Assembly: GCA_003569245.1 (NCBI GenBank)
Contig: BGOM01000016.1
Location: forward strand, 28,689 to 92,688
From: Opitutia bacterium
GTDB lineage: Bacteria; Verrucomicrobiota; Verrucomicrobiia; Opitutales; UBA953
Direction: 5' to 3'
DNA: 64,000 bases
Shown here: positions 18,898 through 28,374 of the stretch, piece after piece
Layout of the letters: each line of letters opens with the position of its first letter
How positions within the stretch are numbered: position 1 is the stretch's first letter
Translations under genes and position numbers: made by a program
Notes under the pieces: model-generated
Told to the model about the DNA's origin: nothing
The model's input: the letters and a program-made list of their open reading frames with translations, nothing else
Database searches by the model: none

Positions 18898-21063
18898 ATG
18901 GCCAAGCTTTCCGAACTCAACTCCCCGTCCCGCGCGTTCCCCCTGGAGCACACGCGCAACATCGGCATCGCCGCGCACATCGACGCCGGCAAGACGACGA
19001 CCACCGAGCGCATCCTCTTCTACACCGGCGTGGTGCATAAGATGGGCGAGGTGCACGACGGCACCGCCACCACCGACTGGATGGAGCAGGAGCGCGAGCG
19101 CGGCATCACCATCACGGCCGCCGCCATCTCCGCGGGCTGGAAGACGAAGGAAGGTCACTTCGCGAACATCGACCACCGGATCAACATCATCGACACCCCG
19201 GGCCACGTGGACTTCACGGCCGAGGTCGAGCGCTCGCTCCGCGTGCTGGACGGCGCCGTCGCCGTCTTCTGCGCCGTCGCCGGCGTGCAGCCCCAGTCCG
19301 AGACGGTCTGGCGCCAGATGAACAAGTACGGCGTCCCGCGCGTCGCCTTCGTCAACAAGATGGACCGCACCGGCGCCGATTACTTCGGCGCGGTCGACGA
19401 CATCCGCACCAAGCTCAAGGGCAACGCCCACCCGCTCTTCATCCCGATCGGCCAAGGCGAGGAGTTCAAGGGCATGATCGACCTGATCAAGAACGTCGCC
19501 TACCTCTACGACGAGACCGACCCGAAGGGGATGAAGTACCACACGATCGAGATCCCCGAAGGCCAGAAGAAGGAAGCCGCCGAGTGGCGCACCAAGCTCA
19601 TCGAAGGTCTCGCCGACTTCGATGACGTCCTCGCCGCCAAGTACCTTGACGGCCAGGAAGTGACCATCGACGAGATGCGCACCGGCATCCGCAAGGCCAC
19701 CCTCTCCCTCAACTTCATCGGCGTCATCCCCGGTTCCGCCTTCAAGAACAAGGGCGTCCAGATGCTCCTCGACTGCGTCGTCGACTTCCTCCCCTCGCCG
19801 GTCGACATGCGCCCGCAGCGCGCTTTCACCGACGACGGCGACAAGGAGATCGCCATCGGTCCGGACGACAAGGCCAAGGTCACCGGCCTCTGCTTCAAGC
19901 TCTGGTCCGACCCGCACGTCGGCCAGCTCGTCTTCTACCGCGTGTACCGCGGCCAGCTGAAGAAGGGCGAAGCCCTTTACAACCCGCGCACCCGCAAGAA
20001 CGAGCGCATCTCGCGCATCGTGCTCCTCCGCGCCATGGACCGCGAGGAGATCGAAGTCGCCTACTCCGGTGACATCTGCGCCATCATCGGCCCGAAGGAC
20101 ATCGCCACCGGCGACACCCTCACCGCCGAGGACGACCTGGTCCTCGAGAAGACCACCTTCGCCGAGCCCGTGATCTCGATGTCCATCGAGCCGAACTCGA
20201 AGGGTGACCAGGAGCGTCTCTCCATCGGCCTGCAGCGCCTCGCCCAGGAAGACCCGACCTTCCGCGTGACCTCCAACCCGGAGACCGGCCAGACCCTCAT
20301 CTCGGGCATGGGCGAGCTCCACCTCGAGATCATCGTCGACCGCCTCAAGCGCGAGTTCAAGGTCGAGGCCAAGTCCGGCAAGCCCCAGATCTCCTACCGC
20401 GAGACCATCAACGTCGCCTCCGAAGGCGTCGGCAAATTCATCCGCCAGTCCGGCGGCCGCGGCCAGTACGGCCACGTCGAGATCAAGCTCGAGCCCAACC
20501 CGGTCGCCGGTCGTGAGGCCGAGGCCAAGGGCGAGGAAGTCATCAACGAGATCGTCGGTGGCGTCATCCCCAAGGAATTCATCAAGCCCGCCACCGAAGG
20601 CATCCTGGAAGCCGCCAACAACGGCACCGTCGCCGGCTACCCGGTGATCAACTTCCGCGCCCGCATCGTCTTCGGCTCCTTCCACGAGGTGGACTCGAAC
20701 GAAATGGCGTTCAAGATGGCCGGCATCTTCGCCTTCAAGGAAGCCATGAAGGACGCCAAGCCGATCCTCCTCGAGCCGATCATGAAGGTCGAGGTCGTCA
20801 CCCCGGAGGAATACCAGGGCGACATCATGGGCGACCTGAACCGCCGCCGCGGCCAGATCCAGGGCATGGAGACCAAGGCCGGCCTCTGCAACATCGACGC
20901 CCGCGTCCCGCTGGCCGAGATGTTCGGCTACTCGACCGACGTCCGCTCCCTGTCCAAGGGTCGCGCCTCCTACTCGATGGAGCCCGCCAACTACGAGCCC
21001 GTCCCGGCCCAGATCCTCAAGCAGGTCGTCGAGACCTCCTCGCGCGCCCCGGCTCGCACCTAA
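18898..21063 (+). CDS. fusA: Elongation factor G
   Basis: 721 aa: 'RNIGIAAHIDAGKTTTTERIL', 'DTPGHVDF', 'NKMDR'. Confidence 0.97.
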   Translation: MAKLSELNSPSRAFPLEHTRNIGIAAHIDAGKTTTTERILFYTGVVHKMGEVHDGTATTDWMEQERERGITITAAAISAGWKTKEGHFANIDHRINIIDTPGHVDFTAEVERSLRVLDGAVAVFCAVAGVQPQSETVWRQMNKYGVPRVAFVNKMDRTGADYFGAVDDIRTKLKGNAHPLFIPIGQGEEFKGMIDLIKNVAYLYDETDPKGMKYHTIEIPEGQKKEAAEWRTKLIEGLADFDDVLAAKYLDGQEVTIDEMRTGIRKATLSLNFIGVIPGSAFKNKGVQMLLDCVVDFLPSPVDMRPQRAFTDDGDKEIAIGPDDKAKVTGLCFKLWSDPHVGQLVFYRVYRGQLKKGEALYNPRTRKNERISRIVLLRAMDREEIEVAYSGDICAIIGPKDIATGDTLTAEDDLVLEKTTFAEPVISMSIEPNSKGDQERLSIGLQRLAQEDPTFRVTSNPETGQTLISGMGELHLEIIVDRLKREFKVEAKSGKPQISYRETINVASEGVGKFIRQSGGRGQYGHVEIKLEPNPVAGREAEAKGEEVINEIVGGVIPKEFIKPATEGILEAANNGTVAGYPVINFRARIVFGSFHEVDSNEMAFKMAGIFAFKEAMKDAKPILLEPIMKVEVVTPEEYQGDIMGDLNRRRGQIQGMETKAGLCNIDARVPLAEMFGYSTDVRSLSKGRASYSMEPANYEPVPAQILKQVVETSSRAPART

Positions 21064-21090
21064 CCCTCCCCCCACCCGAGAAACTTCCCG

Positions 21091-21399
21091 ATGGCCCGCA
21101 CCAAAATCCGCATCAAGCTCAAAGGTTTCGACTACCGCATGGTCGACCAGTCCGCGAACGAGATCGTCGACACCGCCAAGCGCACGGGCGCCCGCGTCGC
21201 CGGTCCCGTGCCGCTCCCGACCGCGATCGAGCGCCTCACGGTCAACCGCTCCCCGCACGTGGACAAGAAGTCCATGGACCAGTTCGAGATCCGCACGCAC
21301 AAGCGCCTGATCGAGATCATGGACCCCAATTCCCAGACCGTGGACGAGCTGAAGAAGCTGAACCTGCCTTCTGGGGTTGACATTAACATCACCGTCTAA
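21091..21399 (+). CDS. rpsJ: 30S ribosomal protein S10
   Basis: 102 aa: [30 protein letters not shown]. Confidence 0.97.
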   Translation: MARTKIRIKLKGFDYRMVDQSANEIVDTAKRTGARVAGPVPLPTAIERLTVNRSPHVDKKSMDQFEIRTHKRLIEIMDPNSQTVDELKKLNLPSGVDINITV

Positions 21400-21547
21400 C
21401 TCCTCAACCCTTCCACCTTAACCCTCAACCCAACGCAGGCTGCGCCAGCGCCCCTCTTCAGGACCAAGACTTCCGCAAGGAAATCCCAAGCCTAATGCAG
21501 GTCAGCAATGACCAAACGGCCTTCACCGGCCACCTGCCTCTTAGAAA

Positions 21548-22198
21548 ATGAAACACCAGCTACTCGGTAAGAAAATCGGCATGACCCAGGTTTACGACGG
21601 GGAGAACAACCTCGTCCCTGTCACGGTCGTCCAAGCGGGCCCCTGCCCCGTCACGCAGGTCAAGACCAAGGCCACCGACGGCTACAACGCCGTCCAGATC
21701 GCCTTCGGCCCCCAGAAGGAGAGCCGGCTCTCCGCGGGCGAGGTCGGCCACCTCCGCAAGGCGGGCGTCGCCCCCCACAGCCATCTCCACGAGATCCGCC
21801 TCGCCGACGACGCCAAGGGCGACGTCGCCAAGGTCGGCGACGTCATCACCGTCGAGAAGTTCACCGCCGGCCAGATGGTCGATGTCATCGGCACCGTCAA
21901 GGGCCGCGGCTTCCAGGGCGTCATGAAGCGCCACAACATGGACGGCCAGCCGGACTCCCACGGTCACATGATGCACCGCCGCATCGGCTCGATCGGCATG
22001 CGCCAGACCCCCGGTCACGTCTTCAAGGGCAAGCGCATGCCCGGCCACATGGGCCAGGTGCAGCGCACCGTCCAGAACCTTCGCGTCGTGCAGGTGCTCG
22101 CCGAGAAGAACCTCCTCCTCATCAAGGGCAGCTTCCCCGGCGCCAACGGCGAGGTCGTCCTCGTCCGCCCGGCCAAGAAGGCCATCGCCGCCAAGTAA
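21548..22198 (+). CDS. rplC: 50S ribosomal protein L3
   Basis: 216 aa: LLGKKIGMTQVYD...GKGFQGVMKRH. Confidence 0.96.
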   Translation: MKHQLLGKKIGMTQVYDGENNLVPVTVVQAGPCPVTQVKTKATDGYNAVQIAFGPQKESRLSAGEVGHLRKAGVAPHSHLHEIRLADDAKGDVAKVGDVITVEKFTAGQMVDVIGTVKGRGFQGVMKRHNMDGQPDSHGHMMHRRIGSIGMRQTPGHVFKGKRMPGHMGQVQRTVQNLRVVQVLAEKNLLLIKGSFPGANGEVVLVRPAKKAIAAK

Positions 22199-22219
22199 TC
22201 CCTCCAGCACCTCAGCGAT

Positions 22220-22846
22220 ATGAAGCTCAAAGTTTACAAGTCCGACGGCACCTCCTTCGCCGAGAAGGAGTTCGACATCCCCACCTTCGAGGGTGACAAG
22301 GGCGTCGCGCTGCTCAAGCAGGTCATCGTCTCCTACCAGGCCAACAAGCGCCAGGGCACTTCCAAGACCAAGGACTACGGCGAGGTCGCCGGCTCCGGTA
22401 AGAAGATCCTCCCGCAGAAGGGTTCCGGCGGCTCCCGCCATGGCGACAAGCGCGCTCCCCAGCTCTTCAAGGGCGGCATCGTCTTCGGTCCGCGTCCCCG
22501 CGACTGGTCCAAGACCATCACGACCCAGGCCAAGAAGATCGCCCTGCAGCGCGCCCTCTTCGAGCTCGCCAAGGACGGCGGCCTCTCGGTGATCGAGAAG
22601 TTCGAGGTCGCCCAGCCGAAGACCAAGCTCTTCGCCAAGGTCCTCACCTCCGTCTCCCCCGAAGGCAAGCGCCTCCTGGTCGTCGACAGCGCCTGGTCCG
22701 AGCCCGTGCTCCGCGCCAGCCGCAACCTCGAGCGCGCCATCTTCTCCAACTCCTCCAACCTCAACGCCCTGGACCTCGTGCGCACGCCCCGCGTCCTGAT
22801 CAGCGAAGCGGGCCTCAAGAAGGTCCTCGAGCGCACCAAGAACTGA
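22220..22846 (+). CDS. rplD: 50S ribosomal protein L4
   Basis: 208 aa: ...RQGTSKTKDYGEVAGSGKKILPQKGSGGSRHG. Confidence 0.95.
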   Translation: MKLKVYKSDGTSFAEKEFDIPTFEGDKGVALLKQVIVSYQANKRQGTSKTKDYGEVAGSGKKILPQKGSGGSRHGDKRAPQLFKGGIVFGPRPRDWSKTITTQAKKIALQRALFELAKDGGLSVIEKFEVAQPKTKLFAKVLTSVSPEGKRLLVVDSAWSEPVLRASRNLERAIFSNSSNLNALDLVRTPRVLISEAGLKKVLERTKN

Positions 22847-22857
22847 GGACCCATCCA

Positions 22858-23145
22858 ATGAAGCCTGCTTCCGACATCATCAGCCGCCCGATCCTCACGG
22901 AAAAGGCCTCCGGCTTGGCCGAGGCCAACAAGTACGTGTTCGAGATCCTGCCCGGCGCCGACCGCGCCCAGGTCAAGACCGCCATCGAGGCCTCCTTCAA
23001 GGTCACCGTGCAGAAGGTCAACATCCTCGTCCGCAAGGGCAAGGTCCGCCGCAGCCGCCTCGGCGGCGGTGCCATCTACCAGGAGACGACCTCCCGCCGC
23101 GCGATCGTGACCCTGAAGAAGGGCGACGTCATCTCCCTCGCCTAA
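22858..23145 (+). CDS. rplW: 50S ribosomal protein L23
   Basis: 95 aa: ISRPILTEKAS...KYVFEI...KV.KVNIL. Confidence 0.95.
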   Translation: MKPASDIISRPILTEKASGLAEANKYVFEILPGADRAQVKTAIEASFKVTVQKVNILVRKGKVRRSRLGGGAIYQETTSRRAIVTLKKGDVISLA

Positions 23146-23166
23146 TCCCGGAGCCCGCATCCCACC

Positions 23167-24027
23167 ATGCCTCTCATCACTTCCCGCCCCATCACTCCCG
23201 GTCAGCGCTTCCTTGTGCGCGTCAAGACCGAGGGTCTCCATCGCGGTCGCTCGGTGCCCAAGCTCACCGAGAGCAACCACCGCGCCATGGGCCGTAACTG
23301 CTACGGCCGCATCACCTCCCGCCGCCGGGGCGGAGGCCATAAGAAGCTCTACCGCAAGGTCGACTTCCGCCGCGACCGCATCGACGAGGTCGCGACCGTG
23401 CTCCGCATGGAGTACGACCCGAACCGCACCTCGCACCTCGCCCTGATCGAGTACGCCGACAAGTCCCAGGCCTACATCCTCGCTCCGGACGGCCTCAAGG
23501 TCGGCGACAAGGTCGTCAGCACCAACACCGCCCAGGAACAGCTCACGCCCGGCCTCTCCCTGCCGCTGCGCCTGATCCCCCCGGCCACCTTCATCCACTG
23601 CATCGAGATCGAACCCGGCAAGGGTGGTCAGCTCGCCCGCTCCGCCGGCGGCTTCGCCCAGCTCCTGGGTCTCGAAGGCGATCGCGTGATCCTGCGCATG
23701 CCCTCGGGCGAGCAGCGTTACCTCAACGCGGATGGTCGCGCGACCGTCGGCATCGTCGGCAACGTCGACCACCACAACGCCAGCCTCGGCAAGGCCGGTC
23801 GCAACCGCTGGAAGGGCCGTCGCCCGCGCCAGCGTGGTATGTCCATGAACCCGGTCGACCACCCGAACGGCGGTGGCGGCGGCAAGAAGAAGGGCGGCGG
23901 CGGTCGCCAGCACCTGAAGTCCCCCTGGGGTCAGCTCGCGAAGGGTTTCCCGACGCGCACCAAGGCGAAGGCTTCCAACAACCAGATCATCGTCCGCCGC
24001 AACGGCCGGAAGGTGAAGCAGGTCTAA
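23167..24027 (+). CDS. rplB: 50S ribosomal protein L2
   Basis: 286 aa: 'GRNCYGRITSRRRGGGHKKLYR', 'MNPVDHPNGGGGGK'. Confidence 0.97.
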   Translation: MPLITSRPITPGQRFLVRVKTEGLHRGRSVPKLTESNHRAMGRNCYGRITSRRRGGGHKKLYRKVDFRRDRIDEVATVLRMEYDPNRTSHLALIEYADKSQAYILAPDGLKVGDKVVSTNTAQEQLTPGLSLPLRLIPPATFIHCIEIEPGKGGQLARSAGGFAQLLGLEGDRVILRMPSGEQRYLNADGRATVGIVGNVDHHNASLGKAGRNRWKGRRPRQRGMSMNPVDHPNGGGGGKKKGGGGRQHLKSPWGQLAKGFPTRTKAKASNNQIIVRRNGRKVKQV

Positions 24028-24048
24028 CCCCCGTCCCGCACTCTCACC

Positions 24049-24327
24049 ATGGCACGCTCTCGCAAAAAGGGATTCTTCGTCGACCCGCACCTCGTCGACA
24101 AGGTCATCGCCGCCCAGAAGGCCAACAGCCGCAAGCCGATCAAGACCTGGTCGCGCCGTTCGACGGTCACCCCCGATTTCATCGGTCTCAACCTCGAGGT
24201 CCACAATGGCAAGGCCTTCGTCGCCGTCTATGTGACGGAGAACATGGTCGGCCACAAGCTCGGCGAGTTCGCGCCCACGCGCACCTTCCGCCAGCACACC
24301 CAGCCTTCCCGCAAGGAAGCCCAGTAA
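24049..24327 (+). CDS. rpsS: 30S ribosomal protein S19
   Basis: 92 aa: [14 protein letters not shown]...[23 protein letters not shown]. Confidence 0.97.
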   Translation: MARSRKKGFFVDPHLVDKVIAAQKANSRKPIKTWSRRSTVTPDFIGLNLEVHNGKAFVAVYVTENMVGHKLGEFAPTRTFRQHTQPSRKEAQ

Positions 24328-24335
24328 TCCTCCTC

Positions 24336-24683
24336 GTGCGCGCCGCCTCCGCCATGCTCTTCCTGCCCGTCGCCGCCTTCGCGGCCGGCGCGGGGGCGCT
24401 TGGTTCGGCGGAAGCGGACGGCAAGGGCGCCGTCGTCCAGGTCCTCGCGGGCCGGGACGCCGATCTGGTGGTCGTGTCCGGCGGTCATGACCGGGGCTTC
24501 CGCCCCGGCGCCGTCTGCACGGTGAGCCGCGACGGCCGTCCTTTCGGCACCGTCGTCGTCGCCGAGTCCGCCCGCGCCCGTTCGGTCGCGCTCATCCTTT
24601 CGCTCGACCCCGCCGCCGATTCGTCCGCCGCCCGCATCCTGCCCGGCGACGTCGTCGCGACCCGCGCCAATCCCCGCATCTAA
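24336..24683 (+). CDS. Small exported protein of unknown function, embedded between rpsS and rplV (signal peptide plus a ~85-aa probable beta-rich domain)
   Basis: GTG 24336 (or ATG 24353) to TAA 24683 fills an otherwise unexplained 377-nt gap in the operon. Read codon by codon, third positions are almost all G/C, like neighbouring genes. The N-terminus MLFLPVAAFAAGAGALGSAEA is signal-peptide-like. I recognised no family. Confidence 0.6.
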   Translation: MRAASAMLFLPVAAFAAGAGALGSAEADGKGAVVQVLAGRDADLVVVSGGHDRGFRPGAVCTVSRDGRPFGTVVVAESARARSVALILSLDPAADSSAARILPGDVVATRANPRI

Positions 24684-24704
24684 CCCTCCCCCTTTATCAT
24701 CGTC

Positions 24705-25043
24705 ATGGAAGTCCACGCCACCACCCGTTTCGCCCGCATGTCGCCCCAGAAGGTGCGCGAAGTCGCGCGCCAGATCCAAGGCCTCCCGGCCGAGGAAGCC
24801 ATCCAGCTGCTCCGCTTCATCCCGCGCAAGTCCGCCCGTCTCCTCGGGAAGACCCTCGCGAGCGCCATCGCGAACGCCGAGAACAACCACAACCTCTCCA
24901 GCAGCGACCTTGTCGTCGTCTCCGCCACGGTCAACCAGGGCCCCGTCCTCAAGCGGTCGATGCCCGCCGCCCGCGGTTCCGCCCACCCCATCCACAAGTC
25001 CATGAGCCACATCCGCGTGGCCCTGGCCTCCGCCACCAAATAA
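24705..25043 (+). CDS. rplV: 50S ribosomal protein L22
   Basis: 112 aa: ...RMSPQKVREVARQIQGLPAEEA...LRFIPRKSA. Confidence 0.96.
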   Translation: MEVHATTRFARMSPQKVREVARQIQGLPAEEAIQLLRFIPRKSARLLGKTLASAIANAENNHNLSSSDLVVVSATVNQGPVLKRSMPAARGSAHPIHKSMSHIRVALASATK

Positions 25044-25056
25044 TCTCCGCACCCAC

Positions 25057-25698
25057 ATGGGCCAGAAAGTAAATCCGATCGGCTTCCGTCTAGCCGTCCG
25101 CCGCAACTGGGAATCCCGCTGGTACGCCACCAAGCGCGACTTCCCGGCCTTCATCCTGGAGGACTACCGCATCCGCGAGTTCCTCAAGGAGAAGCTCCGC
25201 CAGGCCGCGGTGCCCCGCATCTTCATCGAGCGCGCCGGCCAGAAGGTCCGCGTCCGCATCTGGACCGCCCGCCCGGGCATGGTCATCGGCCGCAAGGGCG
25301 ACGACCTCAAGCTGCTCCGCGGCGAGATCCAGAAGGTCGCCGGCAAGGCCCGCATCGAGGACATCATCCTCGAGGTCAACGAGGTGAAGCGCCCCGACCT
25401 CGTCGCCCAGCTCGTCGCCGAGAACATCGCCCTCCAGCTCGAGCGCCGCATCTCCTTCCGTCGCGCCATGAAGAAGGCCGTCCAGACGACCATGACCAAT
25501 GGCGCCGATGGCATCCGTATCCGCCTCGGCGGTCGTCTCGGCGGCGCCGAGATCGCCCGCGTCGAGTCCGCCCGCGTCGGTCGCGTGCCGCTCCACACCC
25601 TCCGCGAGAACATCGACTACGGCTTCACCGAGGCCCGGACGCTGGCCGGCAAGGTCGGCATCAAGTGCTGGATCTGCGCCAAGGACTCCGAGTTCTAA
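25057..25698 (+). CDS. rpsC: 30S ribosomal protein S3
   Basis: 213 aa: MGQKVNPIGFRL...W.SRWYA. Confidence 0.97.
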   Translation: MGQKVNPIGFRLAVRRNWESRWYATKRDFPAFILEDYRIREFLKEKLRQAAVPRIFIERAGQKVRVRIWTARPGMVIGRKGDDLKLLRGEIQKVAGKARIEDIILEVNEVKRPDLVAQLVAENIALQLERRISFRRAMKKAVQTTMTNGADGIRIRLGGRLGGAEIARVESARVGRVPLHTLRENIDYGFTEARTLAGKVGIKCWICAKDSEF

Positions 25699-25734
25699 GC
25701 CCTCCGCTTCCTCCCCCTCTAAAACTAGCTCACC

Positions 25735-26163
25735 ATGGCCAATCTCCAACCCGCTCGCACCAAGTGGCGCAAGCACCGCAAGGGCAAGATCCGCGGCAAC
25801 GCGACCGCCTGCAACACCCTCGACTTCGGTGATTTCGGCATCCAGTCCCTGGACCGCGCCCGTATCCCCGCCAACCAGATCGAGGCCGCCCGTATCGCCA
25901 TCTCCCGCGCCCTCAAGCGCAAGGGCAAGATGTGGATGCGCATCTTCCCGCACACCCCGGTGACCAAGAAGCCGGCCGAAGTCCGCATGGGCTCGGGCAA
26001 GGGTTCCGTCGAGTACTACGTCGCCGTCATCAAGCCCGGCACCATGATGTTCGAGGTCGCCGGCGTCCCCATCTCCGTCGCCCGCGAGGCCATGCGCCTG
26101 GCCGACACCAAGCTCCAGGTCCGCTGCCGCTTCGTGGCCCGCGAGGAACTGGAAAAGTATTGA
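25735..26163 (+). CDS. rplP: 50S ribosomal protein L16
   Basis: 142 aa: ...TKWRKHRKGKIRG...RIFPH.PVTKKPAEVRMGSGKGS. Confidence 0.97.
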   Translation: MANLQPARTKWRKHRKGKIRGNATACNTLDFGDFGIQSLDRARIPANQIEAARIAISRALKRKGKMWMRIFPHTPVTKKPAEVRMGSGKGSVEYYVAVIKPGTMMFEVAGVPISVAREAMRLADTKLQVRCRFVAREELEKY

Positions 26164-26204
26164 TGCCCCCGGCTCCGACCACCCATAACTGACCCTTTTC
26201 ACCG

Positions 26205-26426
26205 ATGTCCAAGTACCAGAAAGACAAGCCCTCCGCCGCCTCGGCCCTCCGTCCGCTGGCCCCCGCCGAGCTCCAGAAGCGCGTGCGCGAGGCCCGTGAG
26301 GAACTGTTGCAGCTCCGCCTCCGCCAGGCCACCGGCGCGGTCGAGAATTCCGCCCGTTTCCGCGCCCTCCGCAAGGAAGTCGCCCGTTGCCTGACCATCC
26401 TCTCCGGTCAGGCCCAGAAGAAGTAA
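26205..26426 (+). CDS. rpmC: 50S ribosomal protein L29
   Basis: 73 aa in the position between L16 and S17: 'EL..RV.EAREELLQLRLRQATG'. Confidence 0.9.
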   Translation: MSKYQKDKPSAASALRPLAPAELQKRVREAREELLQLRLRQATGAVENSARFRALRKEVARCLTILSGQAQKK

Positions 26427-26450
26427 CCCACCTCCAACCCACGTTTCCCG

Positions 26451-26735
26451 ATGTCCGAGTCCCGCTCCAACCGCAAGACCCTCACCGCCGTCGTCGTCTC
26501 CCGCACCGGGGACAAGTCGATCAAGGTCAACTTCCAGTACACCGTGCCGCACCCCGTGTACGGCAAGGAGGTCAAGCGCCGCACCGTGCTGCACGCCCAT
26601 GACGAGAAGAACGAGTGCAAGACCGGCGACCGCGTCGAGATCATGGAGACCCGCCCCCTTTCCAAGCTGAAGCGCTGGCGCGTGATCCGCGTCGTCGAAG
26701 CGGCCAAGATCGCCGCCCCCGGCATCGACGAATAA
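26451..26735 (+). CDS. rpsQ: 30S ribosomal protein S17
   Basis: 94 aa: RKTLTAVVVSRTGDKSIKV......HP.YGK...R.....AHDE.NECK.GD.V.I.ETRPLSK.KRW. Confidence 0.96.
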   Translation: MSESRSNRKTLTAVVVSRTGDKSIKVNFQYTVPHPVYGKEVKRRTVLHAHDEKNECKTGDRVEIMETRPLSKLKRWRVIRVVEAAKIAAPGIDE

Positions 26736-26765
26736 GCCCCGGCCCACCTCCCGACCCATACTCTC

Positions 26766-27131
26766 ATGATCCAGATGCTTTCCCGGCTCGACGTAGCCGA
26801 CAACACCGGAGCCCGCAAGGTGCGGATGATCCGCCGCCTGGGCCAGCTGACCGACACCGCCGGCATCGGCGACATCATCATCTGCTCCGTCAAGGACTCC
26901 ACCCCGGACGCCCAGGTCAAGAAGGGCTCCGTCTGCCGCGCCGTCATCGTGCGCACCGTCTCCCCGATCCGCCGCGCGGACGGCAGCTACCTGCGCTTCG
27001 ACACCAACGCCGTGGTCATCCTCGACGAGAACGGCAACCCCAAGGGCACCCGCATCTTCGGGCCCGTGGCGCGCGAGCTGCGCAGCAAGAACTTCATGAA
27101 GATCATCTCCCTCGCTCCCGAGGTACTCTGA
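26766..27131 (+). CDS. rplN: 50S ribosomal protein L14
   Basis: 121 aa: [19 protein letters not shown]. Confidence 0.97.
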   Translation: MIQMLSRLDVADNTGARKVRMIRRLGQLTDTAGIGDIIICSVKDSTPDAQVKKGSVCRAVIVRTVSPIRRADGSYLRFDTNAVVILDENGNPKGTRIFGPVARELRSKNFMKIISLAPEVL

Positions 27132-27136
27132 ACACC

Positions 27137-27412
27137 ATGTCCAAGACCGACATCAAGAAAGGCGACGAAGTCGTCGTCATCGCCGGCAGCCACAAGGGTC
27201 AGCGCGGCAAGATCACCGTCTACGATCGCGCCGACGAGCGCGTGACCATCGAGGGCCTGAACCTCGTGAAGCGTCACCTCAAGCGCACCCAGGACGGCCA
27301 GGGCGGCATCACCGAGCGCGAGGCCCCCATCGCCCGCTCCAACGTCATGCTGGCCTCCCTCTGGGACGCCCGCCGCGCGAAGAAGCCGGCCGCCAAGGCC
27401 GCCAAGAAGTAA
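27137..27412 (+). CDS. rplX: 50S ribosomal protein L24
   Basis: 91-aa C-terminal part of ORF 26615..27412, starting at ATG 27137: MSKTDIKKGDEVVVIAGSHKGQRGKI (KOW motif). Confidence 0.93.
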   Translation: MSKTDIKKGDEVVVIAGSHKGQRGKITVYDRADERVTIEGLNLVKRHLKRTQDGQGGITEREAPIARSNVMLASLWDARRAKKPAAKAAKK

Positions 27413-27444
27413 TCCCGACGAAACCCCCCGAGACTTAACACCCA

Positions 27445-28023
27445 ATGGCCACTGTCCCTTACCTGAAGAAGTACTACCTCGAGAAGGTCGTCCCCGAGCT
27501 CATCAAGAGCCGCGGCTACAAGAACATCCACCAGGTCCCGAACCTGAAGAAGATCGTCCTCAACTCGGCGTTCAAGGCCGAGGCCGACAAGGCCCACATG
27601 GCCGAGGTCGTCAAGGAGATCACCAAGCTCTCCGGCCAGAAGCCGATCATCACCAAGGCCAGCAAGTCCGTCGCGAGCTTCAAGGTCCGCGCCGGCATGC
27701 CCCTCGGCTGCGTCGTCACGCTCCGCGGCGCCCGCATGTGGGAGTTCTACCTCCGCCTCACCGCGGTGGCTCTCCCGATGATCCGCGACTTCCGCGGCGT
27801 CGGTAACCGTCTCGACGGCCGGGGTAACTACTCCCTCGGTATCAGCGACCACACCATCTTCCCGGAAACCCAGGCCGACGGCCAGCAGCGCGCCAACATC
27901 GGCCTGGACGTCTGCATCGCCACCTCCGCCCAGACCGACGACGAAGGTCGCGAGCTGCTCCGCCTCCTCGGCATGCCCTTCCGCCGCGCCTCCGCCGCGA
28001 CCGCCGAGACCGCCAAGGCCTAA
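27445..28023 (+). CDS. rplE: 50S ribosomal protein L5
   Basis: 192 aa: ...KNIHQVPNLKKIVLN...FRGV...DGRGNYSLGI.DH.IFPE. Confidence 0.96.
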   Translation: MATVPYLKKYYLEKVVPELIKSRGYKNIHQVPNLKKIVLNSAFKAEADKAHMAEVVKEITKLSGQKPIITKASKSVASFKVRAGMPLGCVVTLRGARMWEFYLRLTAVALPMIRDFRGVGNRLDGRGNYSLGISDHTIFPETQADGQQRANIGLDVCIATSAQTDDEGRELLRLLGMPFRRASAATAETAKA

Positions 28024-28047
28024 CCTCCACTCTAAGCAAACACCCGA

Positions 28048-28353
28048 ATGGCCAAGAAGTCCGTCATCCAGCGCGCCCTCAAGCGCGAACGCCTCGTCAA
28101 GAAGTACGCCGCCAAGCGCAGCGAACTGAAGGCGATCCTCGCCGACCCGAAGACCTCCGAGGAGGCCTTCTACGAAGCCCAGCGCAAGCTCTCCAAGCTC
28201 CCGCGCAGCTCCTCCACCGTCCGCAAGAAGAACCGTTGCTCGATCTCCGGCCGCCCGCGCGCCTACATCCGCAAGTTCGGTCTCTCCCGCATCACCTTCC
28301 GCGAACTCGCCCTCAACGGCCAGATTCCCGGCGTCACCAAGGCTTCCTGGTAA
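28048..28353 (+). CDS. rpsN: 30S ribosomal protein S14 (long, non-zinc form)
   Basis: 101 aa: [20 protein letters not shown]...[33 protein letters not shown]. No CxxC pairs. Confidence 0.96.
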   Translation: MAKKSVIQRALKRERLVKKYAAKRSELKAILADPKTSEEAFYEAQRKLSKLPRSSSTVRKKNRCSISGRPRAYIRKFGLSRITFRELALNGQIPGVTKASW

Positions 28354-28374
28354 ATCCCCCAAGCACCTACAACT

